Translations under genes and position numbers: made by a program
DNA from: Tetramitus jugosus
Lineage: Eukaryota; Protista; Heterolobosea
NCBI GenBank assembly: GCA_937625935.1
Contig: OW569382.1
Span: 310,001-374,000 of the forward strand
Direction: 5' to 3'
Length of the DNA: 64,000 nt
The notes under the pieces: generated by a model
The model's input: only the letters and a program-made list of their open reading frames with translations
Told to the model about the DNA's origin: nothing
The model's database searches: none
Shown: positions 62,877 to 64,000 of the stretch, piece by piece
Layout of the letters: the number at the start of each line of letters is the position of its first letter
Position numbering within the stretch: the first letter of the stretch is position 1

Positions 62877-63977
62877 TCAGTGGAGCAAAAACCCATCGAC
62901 CAGACCGTGTTTCACTGCTGCATCAAAGAGCTTTGACATGCTGGTGACCGAGAGAGGATCATTATTGTTGTTGTTCGTAGTTGGTGCAGGAGAGTCAGAT
63001 GTTTGGTGCTCGAGCGATGGCTCCCGATCACAAATGTCATATGCTGGGAAATCGAGCCTGTTGAGACATGTGTGAGCCACAGGCAAGTATCTGTTCTTGT
63101 TTTCACTCTTTGGCACTCTGACGCAACAGATTGTGAAATTGGGATAGAGACCTCGGAAGCCCTCGGGAGGTACACAGCTGGTGCCCGTTACAAACTGCAG
63201 GAGCTGAGACCGTTGTGTATCACTCATCTCGCCAACCATCTTCCAGAAATGATGAATCGTGGGATGTGACTCTGAAAAACCTGCCTCATACTTGCAGTGC
63301 TGCTGCCAGTCTCGAACAGAAATTGTTGGCTTTCCACACAGCAATAGCTCCAGCTCTGACTCGGAAAATATGCTAAAATATGGGCGTGGTATAATGCTGT
63401 ACAATCCAGATAAAAACAGAGTTAACTGAGGTCTCACGCTCTCAACGAGCTTCCACCGTGAATACAACTCGACAAATTGTCTCTTGTTTTCATTGGTGAC
63501 TGGTATTTGATCACCGTCGTACACTAGAGGGAAAGTGTTGTTGCTTCCAAAGTCATTCAGCTCAGCACTGAACGTTAGGTACATGTGTTCCACTTGGTCA
63601 TATGACAGAATATTCTTCATTGCCAAAAACATGCTTGGATCACAATACTCCAAATCTTCAAATGTAATGGGTTTTCCAATAATCATTTTGAATATGACTC
63701 TCGAAAAATGAGTATCCATCAGATTCATATCGTACAAACACTTGCCCACAAGCTTTCCAATAAATGTAAAATATTGCAAATGATCTTCATTAACCACACT
63801 AGTTGGATTTGGATGGTAGGTGCCATTCATACCCGTTTTCAAGAACAAGGCATTATTGCGATCCAAAATCTGCTCACTCAATAATTTGTAAAACTCTCGG
63901 GTCACACCACCCATGTCCAAACCAGGTTCATGCGCAAAAAAGATGTACATTGGTCGCCTAAGGTCAGATTGCGTCAT
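62877..63977 (-). CDS. HECT-domain E3 ubiquitin ligase (C-terminal part; gene probably extends beyond the window)
   Basis: EPGLDMGGVTREFY, ELELLLCG, LLQFVTGTSCVP, LPVAHTCLNRL (catalytic Cys). Confidence 0.92.
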   Translation of the reverse strand: MTQSDLRRPMYIFFAHEPGLDMGGVTREFYKLLSEQILDRNNALFLKTGMNGTYHPNPTSVVNEDHLQYFTFIGKLVGKCLYDMNLMDTHFSRVIFKMIIGKPITFEDLEYCDPSMFLAMKNILSYDQVEHMYLTFSAELNDFGSNNTFPLVYDGDQIPVTNENKRQFVELYSRWKLVESVRPQLTLFLSGLYSIIPRPYFSIFSESELELLLCGKPTISVRDWQQHCKYEAGFSESHPTIHHFWKMVGEMSDTQRSQLLQFVTGTSCVPPEGFRGLYPNFTICCVRVPKSENKNRYLPVAHTCLNRLDFPAYDICDREPSLEHQTSDSPAPTTNNNNNDPLSVTSMSKLFDAAVKHGLVDGFLLH

Positions 63978-64000
63978 TGTAGAAAAGTGCTTACATGCAT

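Overview
Gene-dense, intron-poor eukaryotic genomic DNA with short intergenic gaps and GT-AG introns (GTATGT/GTAAGA/GTGAGT donors). The gene content (tenascin-type EGF/beta-propeller surface protein, F-box-ankyrin protein, short proteins ending in ISIxxLLN) suggests a free-living protist, possibly a heterolobosean; this is inference only. About 30 protein genes are present: myosin, strumpellin/WASHC5, HIBCH, lipin, AP-2 sigma, V-ATPase c'', SENP, FAM172/Arb2, VPS53, CDC23, a HECT E3 and others. There are three tRNA genes (Thr-UGU, Met-CAU, Leu-AAG). Main finding: all three carry, head-to-head and starting at an A5-6CG motif 42-46 bp upstream of tRNA +1, copies of one non-LTR retrotransposon family. 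The family has a two-RRM ORF1, an ORF2 C-terminal CCHC fragment, a conserved two-hairpin + AATAAA + poly(A) 3' end, and one copy with a perfect 21-bp target-site duplication. This looks like a tRNA-targeted retroelement system parallel to Dictyostelium TRE5, with copies stacked at the same site. Separately, tRNA-Met is split in its A-box by a 1,299-bp CCC...GGG element with terminal inverted repeats, a 2-bp TSD and subterminal repeats (CACTA/CMC-like). All protein calls come from reading motifs by eye; no database search was run.
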